64,000 nucleotides of DNA from NCBI GenBank assembly GCA_016191085.1, contig JACPPJ010000070.1:6123-70122 (forward strand), read 5' to 3'. The number at the start of each line of letters is the position of its first letter. Position 1 is the first letter of the stretch. Source of the stretch: Acidobacteriota bacterium (GTDB lineage Bacteria; Acidobacteriota; Terriglobia; 2-12-FULL-54-10). Positions 19,666-28,914 of this stretch are shown here, piece after piece. Under the pieces are notes generated by a model, which saw only the letters and a list, made by a program, of their open reading frames with translations, did no database searches and was not told the origin of the DNA. The position numbers and the translations under genes were made by a program.

Positions 19666-21210
19666 ATGCATGCCGGTCCCCCAGTGGAAGATAAGTTGTC
19701 CATTCGCACTGAACCTGTTCCCGCTAGCTCTGCCACGGGTACGGTTGAGCGTAATGTGGGCACCTTGCTGCTAAAGTTTGCCTCCGGGCCTTTGGTTTTC
19801 CTGCTCCTCTATGTGGCCCCCTACGAAGGTTTGTCCACCCAAGGCCGCGCCGTGCTGGCGATCTTCGGCTGGATGATCATGTGGTGGATGGTCGAGCCGC
19901 TTCCCTGGGCCATCGCCGCTTTGCTGCCCCTGGTGTTGTTTCCCAGCCTTGGCCTAATGAATGTAAACAGAACCATAGGGCTGTACGGTCAGCCTATTTT
20001 TTTCTGGCTGATGGGTACAGTTCTGCTGGGCTACGTCATCCAGCGCCACGGTTTGGCGAAACGTTTTGCCCTGTGGTTTCTCGCCCGCCGCTTGATCGGC
20101 GGCAATATATATCGCCTGATTTTTGGCTTTATGCTGGCGACGGCTGTCTGCTCGATGTTTATTTCCGACACCGCCACGGTAGCCATGATGATGCCCGTGG
20201 GACTATCTCTGGTTTACTACATCCGGACGGTTGGGGGAATCCCGAATTCACAAAAGACCAATTTGGCCACGTTCATGTCGCTGGCGTGTTTGTATGGGGC
20301 CGTAGCCGGCGGTACAGCAACCGTGGTGGGAACTCCTTACAATGTGCTCAGCGCCGGCCTGCTGCAAACATTGACCGGACGGAGCCTCGGTTTTGTGAAC
20401 TGGCTGACGGTGGGTATCCCGGTGTTCCTGGCAAGTCTTACTATGTTTTACTTTGTTCTGGCGGCGTTCTTACGACCCGAGGTTCCACAACTTCCTGGCG
20501 GACGCCGGTTCATTGATGAGGAGCGCAAAAAGTTGGGGCCTCTTTCCCCTGCCGAACGCGCCACTCTTTTCGTTTTCCTGACAATGATCACCCTGTTCAT
20601 CCTCCCTACTTTGGCTGAGCTGGTATTGGGCAGGCAACACTCGCTCACGCAATGGATCACCACGGCCCTTTCCCTCTATGTCGTGCCCCCCATTATGTTA
20701 CTGCTCATGTTCAGCATTCCGGTGAATTGTCGGAAAGGCGACTTTCTGTTGACGTGGCGGGAAGTGACAGAGCACGCCCCCTGGAACGTTATGCTGATGA
20801 CCACCTCGGCCGTGGCCATCACGGCTGCCCTGGCCGAGTTTGGCTTTATCAAATTCGCCGAGGGCCTCATCGCCGGGCTAGGCCTTGGGCGTTATTCGCT
20901 GCCGTTTGGGACCGCCTTCCTGGTGGCGGTAGCAGCGAATACGGTCACCGCCTCTGCTGTGACGGCATTGTTCGGAACCGTGTTAATCCCAGCTGCCCAA
21001 TTAGTTGGCTTGAATCCTGGCTCGATGGCAATATTGATTCCCCAAATGGCTACAGGTACCATGTTGCCGTGGTCCGGGCCTGCGGTGGCCGTAGCCTTCG
21101 CTAGCGGAGAGGCATCGCTGAAAGATATGATCCGAATCGGCATCGTAGCAACGGTGTTGTTAGCGGTTCTCGTGGCAGCTATCCATATTTTGCTCGCCCC
21201 TTTCATCTAG
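19666..21210 (+). CDS. SLC13/DASS family di/tricarboxylate transporter
   Basis: GLAKRFAL, SMFISDTAT and GGTATVVGTPYN motifs. Confidence 0.9.
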   Translation: MHAGPPVEDKLSIRTEPVPASSATGTVERNVGTLLLKFASGPLVFLLLYVAPYEGLSTQGRAVLAIFGWMIMWWMVEPLPWAIAALLPLVLFPSLGLMNVNRTIGLYGQPIFFWLMGTVLLGYVIQRHGLAKRFALWFLARRLIGGNIYRLIFGFMLATAVCSMFISDTATVAMMMPVGLSLVYYIRTVGGIPNSQKTNLATFMSLACLYGAVAGGTATVVGTPYNVLSAGLLQTLTGRSLGFVNWLTVGIPVFLASLTMFYFVLAAFLRPEVPQLPGGRRFIDEERKKLGPLSPAERATLFVFLTMITLFILPTLAELVLGRQHSLTQWITTALSLYVVPPIMLLLMFSIPVNCRKGDFLLTWREVTEHAPWNVMLMTTSAVAITAALAEFGFIKFAEGLIAGLGLGRYSLPFGTAFLVAVAANTVTASAVTALFGTVLIPAAQLVGLNPGSMAILIPQMATGTMLPWSGPAVAVAFASGEASLKDMIRIGIVATVLLAVLVAAIHILLAPFI

Positions 21211-21398
21211 TTGTTGGATGAAGTTCGTCTTCAAGAACGAGCTGAATCCGCTGGCGCCGGACAGGGAGTGGAGTTCGCCAAACCGTCGCAGCCGCTATGA
21301 ATATTTTGACACCACGCGATGAAGTGATAATGTAGGGTTTCTTGTACGCGCGCCCGCAAAGGCTCGCTTGTCATTTCTAACTAGAGGAGCAGAGGTTT

Positions 21399-23321
21399 AT
21401 GAGAACTCGATGGACGTTCCTAGGTTTCGCGCTCGCCGTGCTGCTTGCCGCGCCACGTATTATGAGCGCCCAGACGCTTCCGCCCGAAGTCGCCCAAAAT
21501 GGCTACGCGGACATGATCATCGTGAACGCCAAAATCATCAGCGTAGACGACGCTGGGTACAACAACAATCCCGGTCGCATTTATCAGGCCATGGCCGTAA
21601 AGAAGGACCGCATCATGGCGCTCGGGGACGCCACAAGGATTCGCGCCATGGCGGATTCTCGTACCACCGTTTATGACATGGCGGGCATGACGATCATCCC
21701 GGGAATTGTCGAGAGCCACGTGCATATCTTCGGCGATAGGCAAGTAGCTACCGAGATGGGCCTGAAGGGCGCCGCCATCAACGTCAGTGTAGAGGCCGGC
21801 AGAGACATTGAAGCGACGCGTCTCAAGGTGGAAAACGCCATCACGGACTCGGTGAAGAAAGTGAAACCAGGCGAGTGGGTCCACGTTACCATACGCCCCA
21901 ATGAAAAGGAAAAGGTTGACGCCTCTCGCGTATTTAGCTGGGTCACGCTGGGCAACTTCGAGCCTCGCGAGCGCCTCGACCGCATAGCCCCGAATCACCC
22001 AGTAATCGTTCAGGTGGCCAGTCGCGCGACGATCAACAGCGCCGCGTGGAAAACCATGCAGAACTATTTCCCCGATCTAGACGATTACTATGAATCCACG
22101 CTGCCCGATGTACCCAAGTCTGGCGGCAAAGGAGTGATCGGTGTGGAAGGGCAAGTCGCGTTGCAATGGGAAATCTGGTGGGGCTCGCAGCCCATCAGCC
22201 TGTTGGCCGATATGATGCGTCGCACCATGCAGAAGGCCGCCTCCCACGGGATAACCACTTTTAGTTCGCGTATGACCCATCCCAGGCTGGTGGATACTTA
22301 TACGTTGCTCAACCGCGAAAATGCTGCGCCGATCCGTTTCGGGCTGCTGCTCGAAGGGCACCGCCGTCCGCGCGATCAGAAGACGGTACGGCAGATCTAT
22401 CAAATGACGGGGAACTTGACCAATCTCGGCGGCGATTATCTGTGGATTAACGGTGTCGCCAGCGAGTTGTGGGACTCCAGCTTCCCGCAGGGGTGCCTCG
22501 GCCCGGACGTGCCCGCTCCGGCGGAGATTAAAGCGCGCGAGATGTGCCCGCAACCTGGCATGCTCTATTACGATACTCTGAAGAACGCGCTGGGCGCGGG
22601 CTGGCGGCTGGCCGGTATTCACGGCGTCGCAAGCCATGGCGTTCGTAGCTTCATTAACATGGTTGACTCTGTCGTAAAGGAGCAGGGGTTGTCTGTCGAA
22701 GACATGCGGAAACGCCGCCTCACGGTGGAGCACGCGGAAGCGATGGGCCAACAGCCGGACATCATCGCGGGCCTGAAGAAGTACGACATCATCGTGAGCG
22801 TACATCCACCGCGCTTGTTCCGTACGCGAGATTACGTGGCCGATTATGGTCCCAAGGTTCTGCCATTCATGCAGCCGGTGAAGACTTGGCTGGATTCCGG
22901 CGTGAAAGTTGTAGGTCAGATGGAGCGGTATACGAATGTCGGTTATGTCTGGACAATCCTTATGACTCGCGATATCGGCGAAGGCATGAAGGTGAACCCC
23001 GAGGAGGCGCTCGGTCGCGAAGTAGTCCTGAAGATGTGGACGAAATGGGCCGCCGAGTACGTTATGAAGGAGAACGACCTCGGTTCGCTCGAAGTCGGCA
23101 AAATGGCTGATTTTGTGGTGCTTGACAAGGATTATTTGACGGTGCCGATTGCGGAAATTCCTTCCATCAAGCCGCAAATGACGGTCGTCGGTGGCAAGCC
23201 GGTGTTCTTTGATGCTGAATTCGCGAAGAAGTTTAGCAAAGACGGCGTCGGCTGGCAGTTCCCGGCCGGCTACAAACCGTGGGGCGAGTACGTGCCGGAA
23301 TACGGCGCCGGAGACTTGTAG
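21399..23321 (+). CDS. Secreted amidohydrolase-3 (YtcJ-like) family protein
   Basis: Signal peptide; IIPGIVESHVH, VEHAE and GSLEVGKMADFVVLD. Confidence 0.85.
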   Translation: MRTRWTFLGFALAVLLAAPRIMSAQTLPPEVAQNGYADMIIVNAKIISVDDAGYNNNPGRIYQAMAVKKDRIMALGDATRIRAMADSRTTVYDMAGMTIIPGIVESHVHIFGDRQVATEMGLKGAAINVSVEAGRDIEATRLKVENAITDSVKKVKPGEWVHVTIRPNEKEKVDASRVFSWVTLGNFEPRERLDRIAPNHPVIVQVASRATINSAAWKTMQNYFPDLDDYYESTLPDVPKSGGKGVIGVEGQVALQWEIWWGSQPISLLADMMRRTMQKAASHGITTFSSRMTHPRLVDTYTLLNRENAAPIRFGLLLEGHRRPRDQKTVRQIYQMTGNLTNLGGDYLWINGVASELWDSSFPQGCLGPDVPAPAEIKAREMCPQPGMLYYDTLKNALGAGWRLAGIHGVASHGVRSFINMVDSVVKEQGLSVEDMRKRRLTVEHAEAMGQQPDIIAGLKKYDIIVSVHPPRLFRTRDYVADYGPKVLPFMQPVKTWLDSGVKVVGQMERYTNVGYVWTILMTRDIGEGMKVNPEEALGREVVLKMWTKWAAEYVMKENDLGSLEVGKMADFVVLDKDYLTVPIAEIPSIKPQMTVVGGKPVFFDAEFAKKFSKDGVGWQFPAGYKPWGEYVPEYGAGDL

Positions 23322-23341
23322 TATTCCTTTCGCGGACAGAG

Positions 23342-23379
23342 AATAGCCACAGCACGGCAGCGTGCCGTGGCTATTTTTT
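23342..23379 (+). terminator. Rho-independent terminator
   Basis: AATAGCCAC.GCACG-GCAG-CGTGC.GTGGCTATT followed by a T-run, between convergent genes. Confidence 0.8.
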
Positions 23380-23398
23380 CTTTACCGTCGAGAGACTG

Positions 23399-26017
23399 TT
23401 ATGATGTCGTTGCTGGTGTTTTCTGTTCTGCGAAGTACGCCAGGATTTCGCTTCGTGACCGCTCCCGCCAGGCCACATTGGACCGCAATATCTCTATAGT
23501 TTTCTTAACGGCCCGTTCGGTGCCCGGCACGCGGTGCGCCTGGAAGAAGCTCTCTACGTCAGCTAATTCTTGGCTTTGAGTAAAGCCGCTGGCGATTCCG
23601 ATGATTCTGGAGAGCAGGCCGATGCCGCCTCCGTTGTACCGGTCGACAAACGTATTCCAGTGCTGCTTGAAGAACTCCCATGCAAGATTTCTGCCCAGCG
23701 GGTGATTCGCAGCGCTCGCCATCACGATGGGGGTATCTTGTGATCGCACGCCTTCCGACAGTGAAAAATCCAGCAGTTGCCTCAGTACCGGTTCCTGCTT
23801 GCAGTTTCCGGCGGCGTTGAGGACTCGAACTCTCTCCTCGTGCAGTTGAGTGCCGTTGTAAATCTCCAGCAGGTCCCGATACTCCTTTTCGTCCCCGTTT
23901 TCGGCTACCAATGTGTAGACGGCCTGCCTCAGATCGGGATCAAGCGACCCTTGATTCCGGAATTGCTCAAAACGGTTTCTTGCTTCGTCGATCGTGGCGC
24001 GATCACCGTATCCGCCCAGGTTCCGCAGAGCCAGCGACCGAAGCATCACGTCGAGATGCCCGTCTCCGGCTTGCTTGTTCCACCCCTTCGATGACGCGAT
24101 GGTGTGGAAGAAGTTCCGTGCCGCTTCATTAAGCGGTTCACGCTCCGGTTCAGGGGAGAGCAGGTTATCGAGCGTGTGAAAGACACCCGAAATAATGGTC
24201 CAGACGCTGAAATCCTGTTCGGAATCGTATGCCATCAAAACAGAGAGCGCCGTGGAAGTATCAATGTACCCGGCTCGCGCGAGCGCGAAGGCGTCGTCCA
24301 GAATTCCAAGCCGGTCGACGGTGGGCATCGCTCCGGCCTTTACGGCGCGCGCCAGGCTCTGCCACATGTCTGGGGGATAAGCCACGCGGTAGAAACCGCT
24401 TTGACCGGGATTGAACTTCACCCACTTATCGGACGCTCCATCGCCGGCGCCGTTCGTGAATACGCTCAGTTTGTGGCGCGCGCCTTCCATATACTCGAAG
24501 GCGGGCTGTACGGAGTCTGAAGTCAGCACACCCACAGGGATCTGCCACAGCATCCGCTTCGGCTCTTTGGTGCCGTCGACTACAAAGCGGCGCTGCTCCA
24601 GCCGGTACTCAACTCGATCGCGCTTCTTCTTGGAATCAATTATCAACACCGGATAACCCGCCTGGCGCGTGTAGCTGGCCATCATGGCTGTCACGGGCTT
24701 GCCGGAGGTCTCTTCGATTGCGTGCCAGAGGTCGCCCGTGGTGGCGTTTCCAAAGGAGTGGGTCGTCAGATAGTGCTTAAGTCCCTTGCGCAGATCTTCC
24801 TCCCCGAGGTAGTGCTCCAGCATGCGGTTGATGACCGATCCCTTGCTGTAGGAAATGGCGTCAAAGACCTCGCGAATCTCGTATGGATTTTTGACCGGCA
24901 CCTCCACGGGATGAGTGCTCTTCAGCGCATCTTCGTGAAGCGCTGACATGTACCGCTGCGCCACGAACTGCGTCCAGGTGTCCCACTCAGGGAAGTGGTG
25001 GTCGGAGGCTTTGGGTCCCATGTAGGACGCGAAGCCCTCGTTCAACCACAGATCCGTCCACCACTTCATAGTTGTGTAGTTGCCGAACCACTGGTGCGCG
25101 AGTTCATGGTCTACCACTTCAGCTACGCGCTGCCGCGCCGATGCGGAAGAATTCTGCGGATCAATCAACAGCGCCGTTTCGCGGTACGTAACCAGCCCCC
25201 AGTTCTCCATAGCACCCGCGGCGAAGTCGGGCAACGCCACCATGTCCAGCTTCGGAAAGACATACGGCACACCAAACCATTCTGCGAAATATGGCAATGT
25301 GTGCAGCGCGGCTTCCAGCGCGAACTGCCCATGATCGCGCTTTCCAGGATTGGTCCACACGCGGATTGGAATGCCGTTGCGATCGGTGGCTTCCAGATAT
25401 TCCAGGTCAGCAATCACCACCGCAACCAGATAAGTGGACATCACCGGAGTCTTTTCAAAAGCGATTCGCTTCCATCCATTGCCCAGTCTGGTCTCCTCAC
25501 GCGGCGGCATATTAGACAGCGCCGTGAGGTGATCCGGCACCGTAAGCGTGATGCTGAAGGTAGCTTTGCGCGCGGGCTCATCCCAGCAGGGGAAAGCGCG
25601 ACGGGCGTCAGTAGCCTCGAATTGCGTTGCGGCGCCCCAGGTCTTCTGTCCGTTCATGAGATAGGACGTACGGTAGAAGCCGTGCATCTTGTCGTTCAGC
25701 TCACCGGAAAACTCCAGCCGAAGCTGTGCCTCGCCAACTTCGAGTTGCCGGCCGAAATCGATAATAATACTCTCCATCTTCTTGCTGCGGGTGATTCGCT
25801 TGGACCGCACCCAATCGCCCCCTGCGGGCCGAACCTCCGCTTTCTTGACCTTCAGCTCCAGGGCATGAAGAGTGACCCGCGCCGTTGGCTCTTTGATAGC
25901 GACCTGAATAGTTTCAGAGCCCGAGAACGTGAACTTCGTAAGATCGGGCCGGAGTTCAATGTTGTAGTGAATCGGGTCAACATTGCCCGGCAGAAGATAC
26001 GGATTGCGTGTAGTCAT
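23399..26017 (-). CDS. M1 family aminopeptidase with ERAP1-like C-terminal domain
   Basis: GAMENWG, HELAHQW and WLNEGFA motifs. Confidence 0.96.
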   Translation of the reverse strand: MTTRNPYLLPGNVDPIHYNIELRPDLTKFTFSGSETIQVAIKEPTARVTLHALELKVKKAEVRPAGGDWVRSKRITRSKKMESIIIDFGRQLEVGEAQLRLEFSGELNDKMHGFYRTSYLMNGQKTWGAATQFEATDARRAFPCWDEPARKATFSITLTVPDHLTALSNMPPREETRLGNGWKRIAFEKTPVMSTYLVAVVIADLEYLEATDRNGIPIRVWTNPGKRDHGQFALEAALHTLPYFAEWFGVPYVFPKLDMVALPDFAAGAMENWGLVTYRETALLIDPQNSSASARQRVAEVVDHELAHQWFGNYTTMKWWTDLWLNEGFASYMGPKASDHHFPEWDTWTQFVAQRYMSALHEDALKSTHPVEVPVKNPYEIREVFDAISYSKGSVINRMLEHYLGEEDLRKGLKHYLTTHSFGNATTGDLWHAIEETSGKPVTAMMASYTRQAGYPVLIIDSKKKRDRVEYRLEQRRFVVDGTKEPKRMLWQIPVGVLTSDSVQPAFEYMEGARHKLSVFTNGAGDGASDKWVKFNPGQSGFYRVAYPPDMWQSLARAVKAGAMPTVDRLGILDDAFALARAGYIDTSTALSVLMAYDSEQDFSVWTIISGVFHTLDNLLSPEPEREPLNEAARNFFHTIASSKGWNKQAGDGHLDVMLRSLALRNLGGYGDRATIDEARNRFEQFRNQGSLDPDLRQAVYTLVAENGDEKEYRDLLEIYNGTQLHEERVRVLNAAGNCKQEPVLRQLLDFSLSEGVRSQDTPIVMASAANHPLGRNLAWEFFKQHWNTFVDRYNGGGIGLLSRIIGIASGFTQSQELADVESFFQAHRVPGTERAVKKTIEILRSNVAWRERSRSEILAYFAEQKTPATTS

Positions 26018-26135
26018 TCAGTTCTCCCCGTCCATGGCTGATTTGGATTAAGAATAGATTCTAGCATGGTGGGTACACCACCCTTGCCCTGGACACCAAA
26101 GGAGCTATGGAACACAATACTGACGCTGATCAGAA

Positions 26136-26672
26136 TCAGCGTGTAATGGGGCTTTTCTCGCGAATGGGATTCTCGTTGCGTTTTTCGGACATCCCCTTCG
26201 GGATGCTGATCCATTTCCATTCGTCATAAGCAAGGATGCGTGCGAGCAGCACGATTTGCCCGGCGTGGTAGGCAATATGCGCCAGGGAGCGGAGCAGCGC
26301 GGCTCGGACGGTCAGCGCACTGCCGCGGATGGTTACAGTTTTTTCCAAGTCGTCCTGTGTGAGCGAGGCCAGCGCGTTTTCCAAGGTCTGCCAACCCTTC
26401 TCCCATAACTCACGAGTTTCTTGCCGGGAGTATTCTCGGGTTTGGAACTCCAAGTCACGGTCGCGCCAGGGCTTTTCCCCGTCCGTTGTGAGGAAGTCCG
26501 TGAAACGCGAGATCAGATTGCCGCTGACGTGCCGTACGAGCATCGCAACCGAATTGCCATTGGGCGCAAGCACGCGGTTGAGAGCCTCATCAGAGACTTG
26601 ATCCAATGCTTTCTCAGCAATAGTGTAGTAGCGGCGTGTTTCTTCGATAAAGTCCTGAACGGCGGGTATCAT
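26136..26672 (-). CDS. DinB superfamily / DUF1572 protein
   Basis: NSVAMLVRHVSGN..SRFTDFLTTDGEKPWRDRD.EF and HIAYHAGQI. Confidence 0.85.
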   Translation of the reverse strand: MIPAVQDFIEETRRYYTIAEKALDQVSDEALNRVLAPNGNSVAMLVRHVSGNLISRFTDFLTTDGEKPWRDRDLEFQTREYSRQETRELWEKGWQTLENALASLTQDDLEKTVTIRGSALTVRAALLRSLAHIAYHAGQIVLLARILAYDEWKWISIPKGMSEKRNENPIREKSPITR

Positions 26673-26715
26673 GAATGCGTCCTCTTACGAGCGGAGTAAC
26701 ACGGTATTGAATCAA

Positions 26716-26791
26716 TGGTGGACCTGGCGGGAGTCGAACCCGCGACCTCTTCAATGCCATTGAAGCGCGCTCCCAACTGCGCCACAGGCCC
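26716..26791 (-). tRNA. tRNA-Ala(GGC)
   Basis: GGGCCTG...CTTCA-AT GGC AT-TGAAG...GGTTCGACTCC..CAGGTCCACCA, with a G3:U70 pair. Confidence 0.97.
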
Positions 26792-26939
26792 ACATTTCGA
26801 AGAGATGCCATTATAAGTAACATCTTTCCCGGCGCAGTGTCAAACGTACTCGGAGCGTGCATTGCTACACAGACCGGAGTGTTTGGCGGGCAATTGACAA
26901 GCTCTCTTGTGATTGACAGAATACAATTTGCCCTATCCC

Positions 26940-27026
26940 GCGGATGTGGCGGAACTGGCAGACGCGCTAGATTCAGGTTCTAGTGCCCTAACGGGCGTGG
27001 AGGTTCGAGTCCTCTCATCCGCACCA
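26940..27026 (+). tRNA. tRNA-Leu(CAG), integration target
   Basis: GCGGATG/CATCCGC acceptor stem, CTAGA-TT CAG GT-TCTAG anticodon arm, long variable arm, CCA. Confidence 0.97.
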
Positions 27027-27042
27027 ATTGATTCCACAGTAT

Positions 27043-28155
27043 TTACGCTCCAACTGCCGCCACAGTTTCAAATACCTGTTTTTCGCCGGTGTCAGTTTTG
27101 GTGCCAGTTGCTCCCGCCGTCAGTCTCTCGACTGCCTCTTGCAAGTGGGCCTCTCCAAGGTGGGAATACCGCAGAGTCGTTTCAATCCGCTTGTGTCCCA
27201 TAAGCACCTGGACGGCCCGCAAGGGAACCGCAGCCATAACAAGACGACTGGCGAAGGTATGCCGTAGATCGTGCCAGCGGAAGTTTGCAATCTTTGCTGC
27301 GGTCAGACACTCGTTGAACCAATCCTGCCTGTCGTGAATCGGAGCGCCGTCAGAGCCGGGGCAGACGTGCCCGATTGCGCCGTGAAGCTCCCGCAGCTTC
27401 AGAAGCGCAGCCTTTGCCGCAGAGTTAATATGGACGTGCCGGGCTTCCCCGTGCTTGCTCCGGGCAATGGTGATGATGCCGCGCTTCAGGTCTACGTCCT
27501 GCCAGCGCAGCCCGTATTGTTCCCCGCGTCTCATGCCAGTGTGAAGGGCAAGCTCAAACTCCGGCTCCCGCTCCGGGCAAACCTCTTTGATCTTCTCCCG
27601 CAGCGCGGTTTCTTCTTTCTCATCCAGGAAGCGCACCCGCTCGTTGTTTTCGGTGAGCGGCTTCACCTGCCGGACAGGATTCGAGGACACCTTGCCATTG
27701 CGTATCGCCAATGAGAAAACCAAGCTCAGAAGCGCACGGTAGCGGTTCAGGGTTGCGGGCTTGCGTCCGTCTTCGGCAAGGGCGTGGAGCTTGCGTTCAA
27801 TATCGTGAGGCAGAATATCCGCCGCCGCACGCTCGCCAAACCAGTCTTTCAGGGTTGCCATGTGCCAGCAGTCAATGCGGTACGCTTCCGGCACCTTGCG
27901 CGCCTCGCAGTGTTCGAGCGCCTCATCTGCCATTTTGCTGAAGGAAACATGCACGTGCCGCAACTTCTCGGGCAATTTCTTCCGTTGGAGCACTTCCGTT
28001 TTGCGCTTGCGGTATAGAGTCTTTGCCGCTTCTTTTAACCCGGCCTTCTCCCGATGAATCCGCCCCGTAGCATCGGCATAGCGAACCCACCAAACATCCG
28101 AGCCGGGCACCTTCTCGTAAATTCCGCGTATTTTCTTCGCTTCCTTCTTAGCCAT
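27043..28155 (-). CDS. int: Tyrosine recombinase / phage integrase
   Basis: HTGMRRGE, HDLRHTFAS, MGH and TLRY; adjacent to the tRNA 3' end. Confidence 0.97.
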   Translation of the reverse strand: MAKKEAKKIRGIYEKVPGSDVWWVRYADATGRIHREKAGLKEAAKTLYRKRKTEVLQRKKLPEKLRHVHVSFSKMADEALEHCEARKVPEAYRIDCWHMATLKDWFGERAAADILPHDIERKLHALAEDGRKPATLNRYRALLSLVFSLAIRNGKVSSNPVRQVKPLTENNERVRFLDEKEETALREKIKEVCPEREPEFELALHTGMRRGEQYGLRWQDVDLKRGIITIARSKHGEARHVHINSAAKAALLKLRELHGAIGHVCPGSDGAPIHDRQDWFNECLTAAKIANFRWHDLRHTFASRLVMAAVPLRAVQVLMGHKRIETTLRYSHLGEAHLQEAVERLTAGATGTKTDTGEKQVFETVAAVGA

Positions 28156-28372
28156 GTTTTTTCGGTTCCTTTCCAGCCGTAGCACGTCGTTTCAAAGTCT
28201 TTCTGTGCCCCTGAGCGAGCGTGTGCAACGCCAACGCAAGCATAGAGGGAATTTTGCGGGTGCCAGTCTCCCAACGCGCAACGGCAACCCTGTGGACTCC
28301 GAGGGCGGACGCGAGCTGTTCCTGAGTCATTCCCAGCTTGTCGCGAATCACTCTAAGTTCTTCCGGGTTCAT
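28148..28372 (-). CDS. XRE-family HTH regulator
   Basis: IRDKLGMTQEQLASALGVHRVAVARWETG; overlaps the int start. Confidence 0.9.
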   Translation of the reverse strand: MNPEELRVIRDKLGMTQEQLASALGVHRVAVARWETGTRKIPSMLALALHTLAQGHRKTLKRRATAGKEPKKHG

Positions 28373-28408
28373 GTAGCCAATGGTTACATACAGAGAGATG
28401 GATGTCAA
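28371..28408 (-). promoter_or_regulatory. Promoter with palindromic operator over the XRE start
   Basis: TTGACA (28408-28403); near-palindrome ATGTAACCATTGGCTACAT (28389-28371) running into the ATG. Confidence 0.6.
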
Positions 28409-28518
28409 GCGGAAATTTCGCAGATCACGCTAAAACCCTTTCGGGCTGCGATCCCTACAATGGTGTTATACTGCTTTCGCAATTATTCCGGGTTCTTGAA
28501 ACAGGCCGGAAGCCGGAA

Positions 28519-28806
28519 TCAGCCTTTCTTAACCGTCCGTGCTCGATCCAGTGCGCGTTCGATTTGTAGCAGAACTTTCGAGGGTTTCACGCTTAGCGTT
28601 GCAGAGATATTGAAAATCGTGCGAAGGGAAGGACTCTTCTGCCCATTTTCCAGCAAGCCGATGTACGTCCGATGGTATCCGCTCTTGTCGGCTAACCATT
28701 GTTGAGATTTTCCCTGCTTGCGCCGGATTGCCCGCACAACAAAACCAAAAGCAAGTTCCGGCGTGGATAACCTCTCCGTCTCATCGGTACGCTTCAGCCT
28801 GCCCAT
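28519..28806 (-). CDS. XRE-family HTH regulator (C-protein-like)
   Basis: FGFVVRAIRRKQGKSQQWLADKSGYHRTYIGLLENGQKSPSL. Confidence 0.9.
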   Translation of the reverse strand: MGRLKRTDETERLSTPELAFGFVVRAIRRKQGKSQQWLADKSGYHRTYIGLLENGQKSPSLRTIFNISATLSVKPSKVLLQIERALDRARTVKKG

Positions 28807-28914
28807 AGGCAGACATCATTTCGTTATTGACGACTAAAGAGTGACACACTATAGTCGTCACTTGCCCGCTGATGTTGTTCTGCGAGGGAAATCAAATGCG
28901 AGAGGAGAATTCTC

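Noticed and set aside
22077..26041. Long antisense ORFs (22077-23177, 24995-26041; also 55682-56668)
   Set aside because: Shadows of well-supported genes on the opposite strand in GC-rich DNA, with no motifs of their own.
27178..27200. GTTTCAATCC resembling a CRISPR repeat end
   Set aside because: Single occurrence, inside the integrase coding sequence (KRIET on the minus strand).
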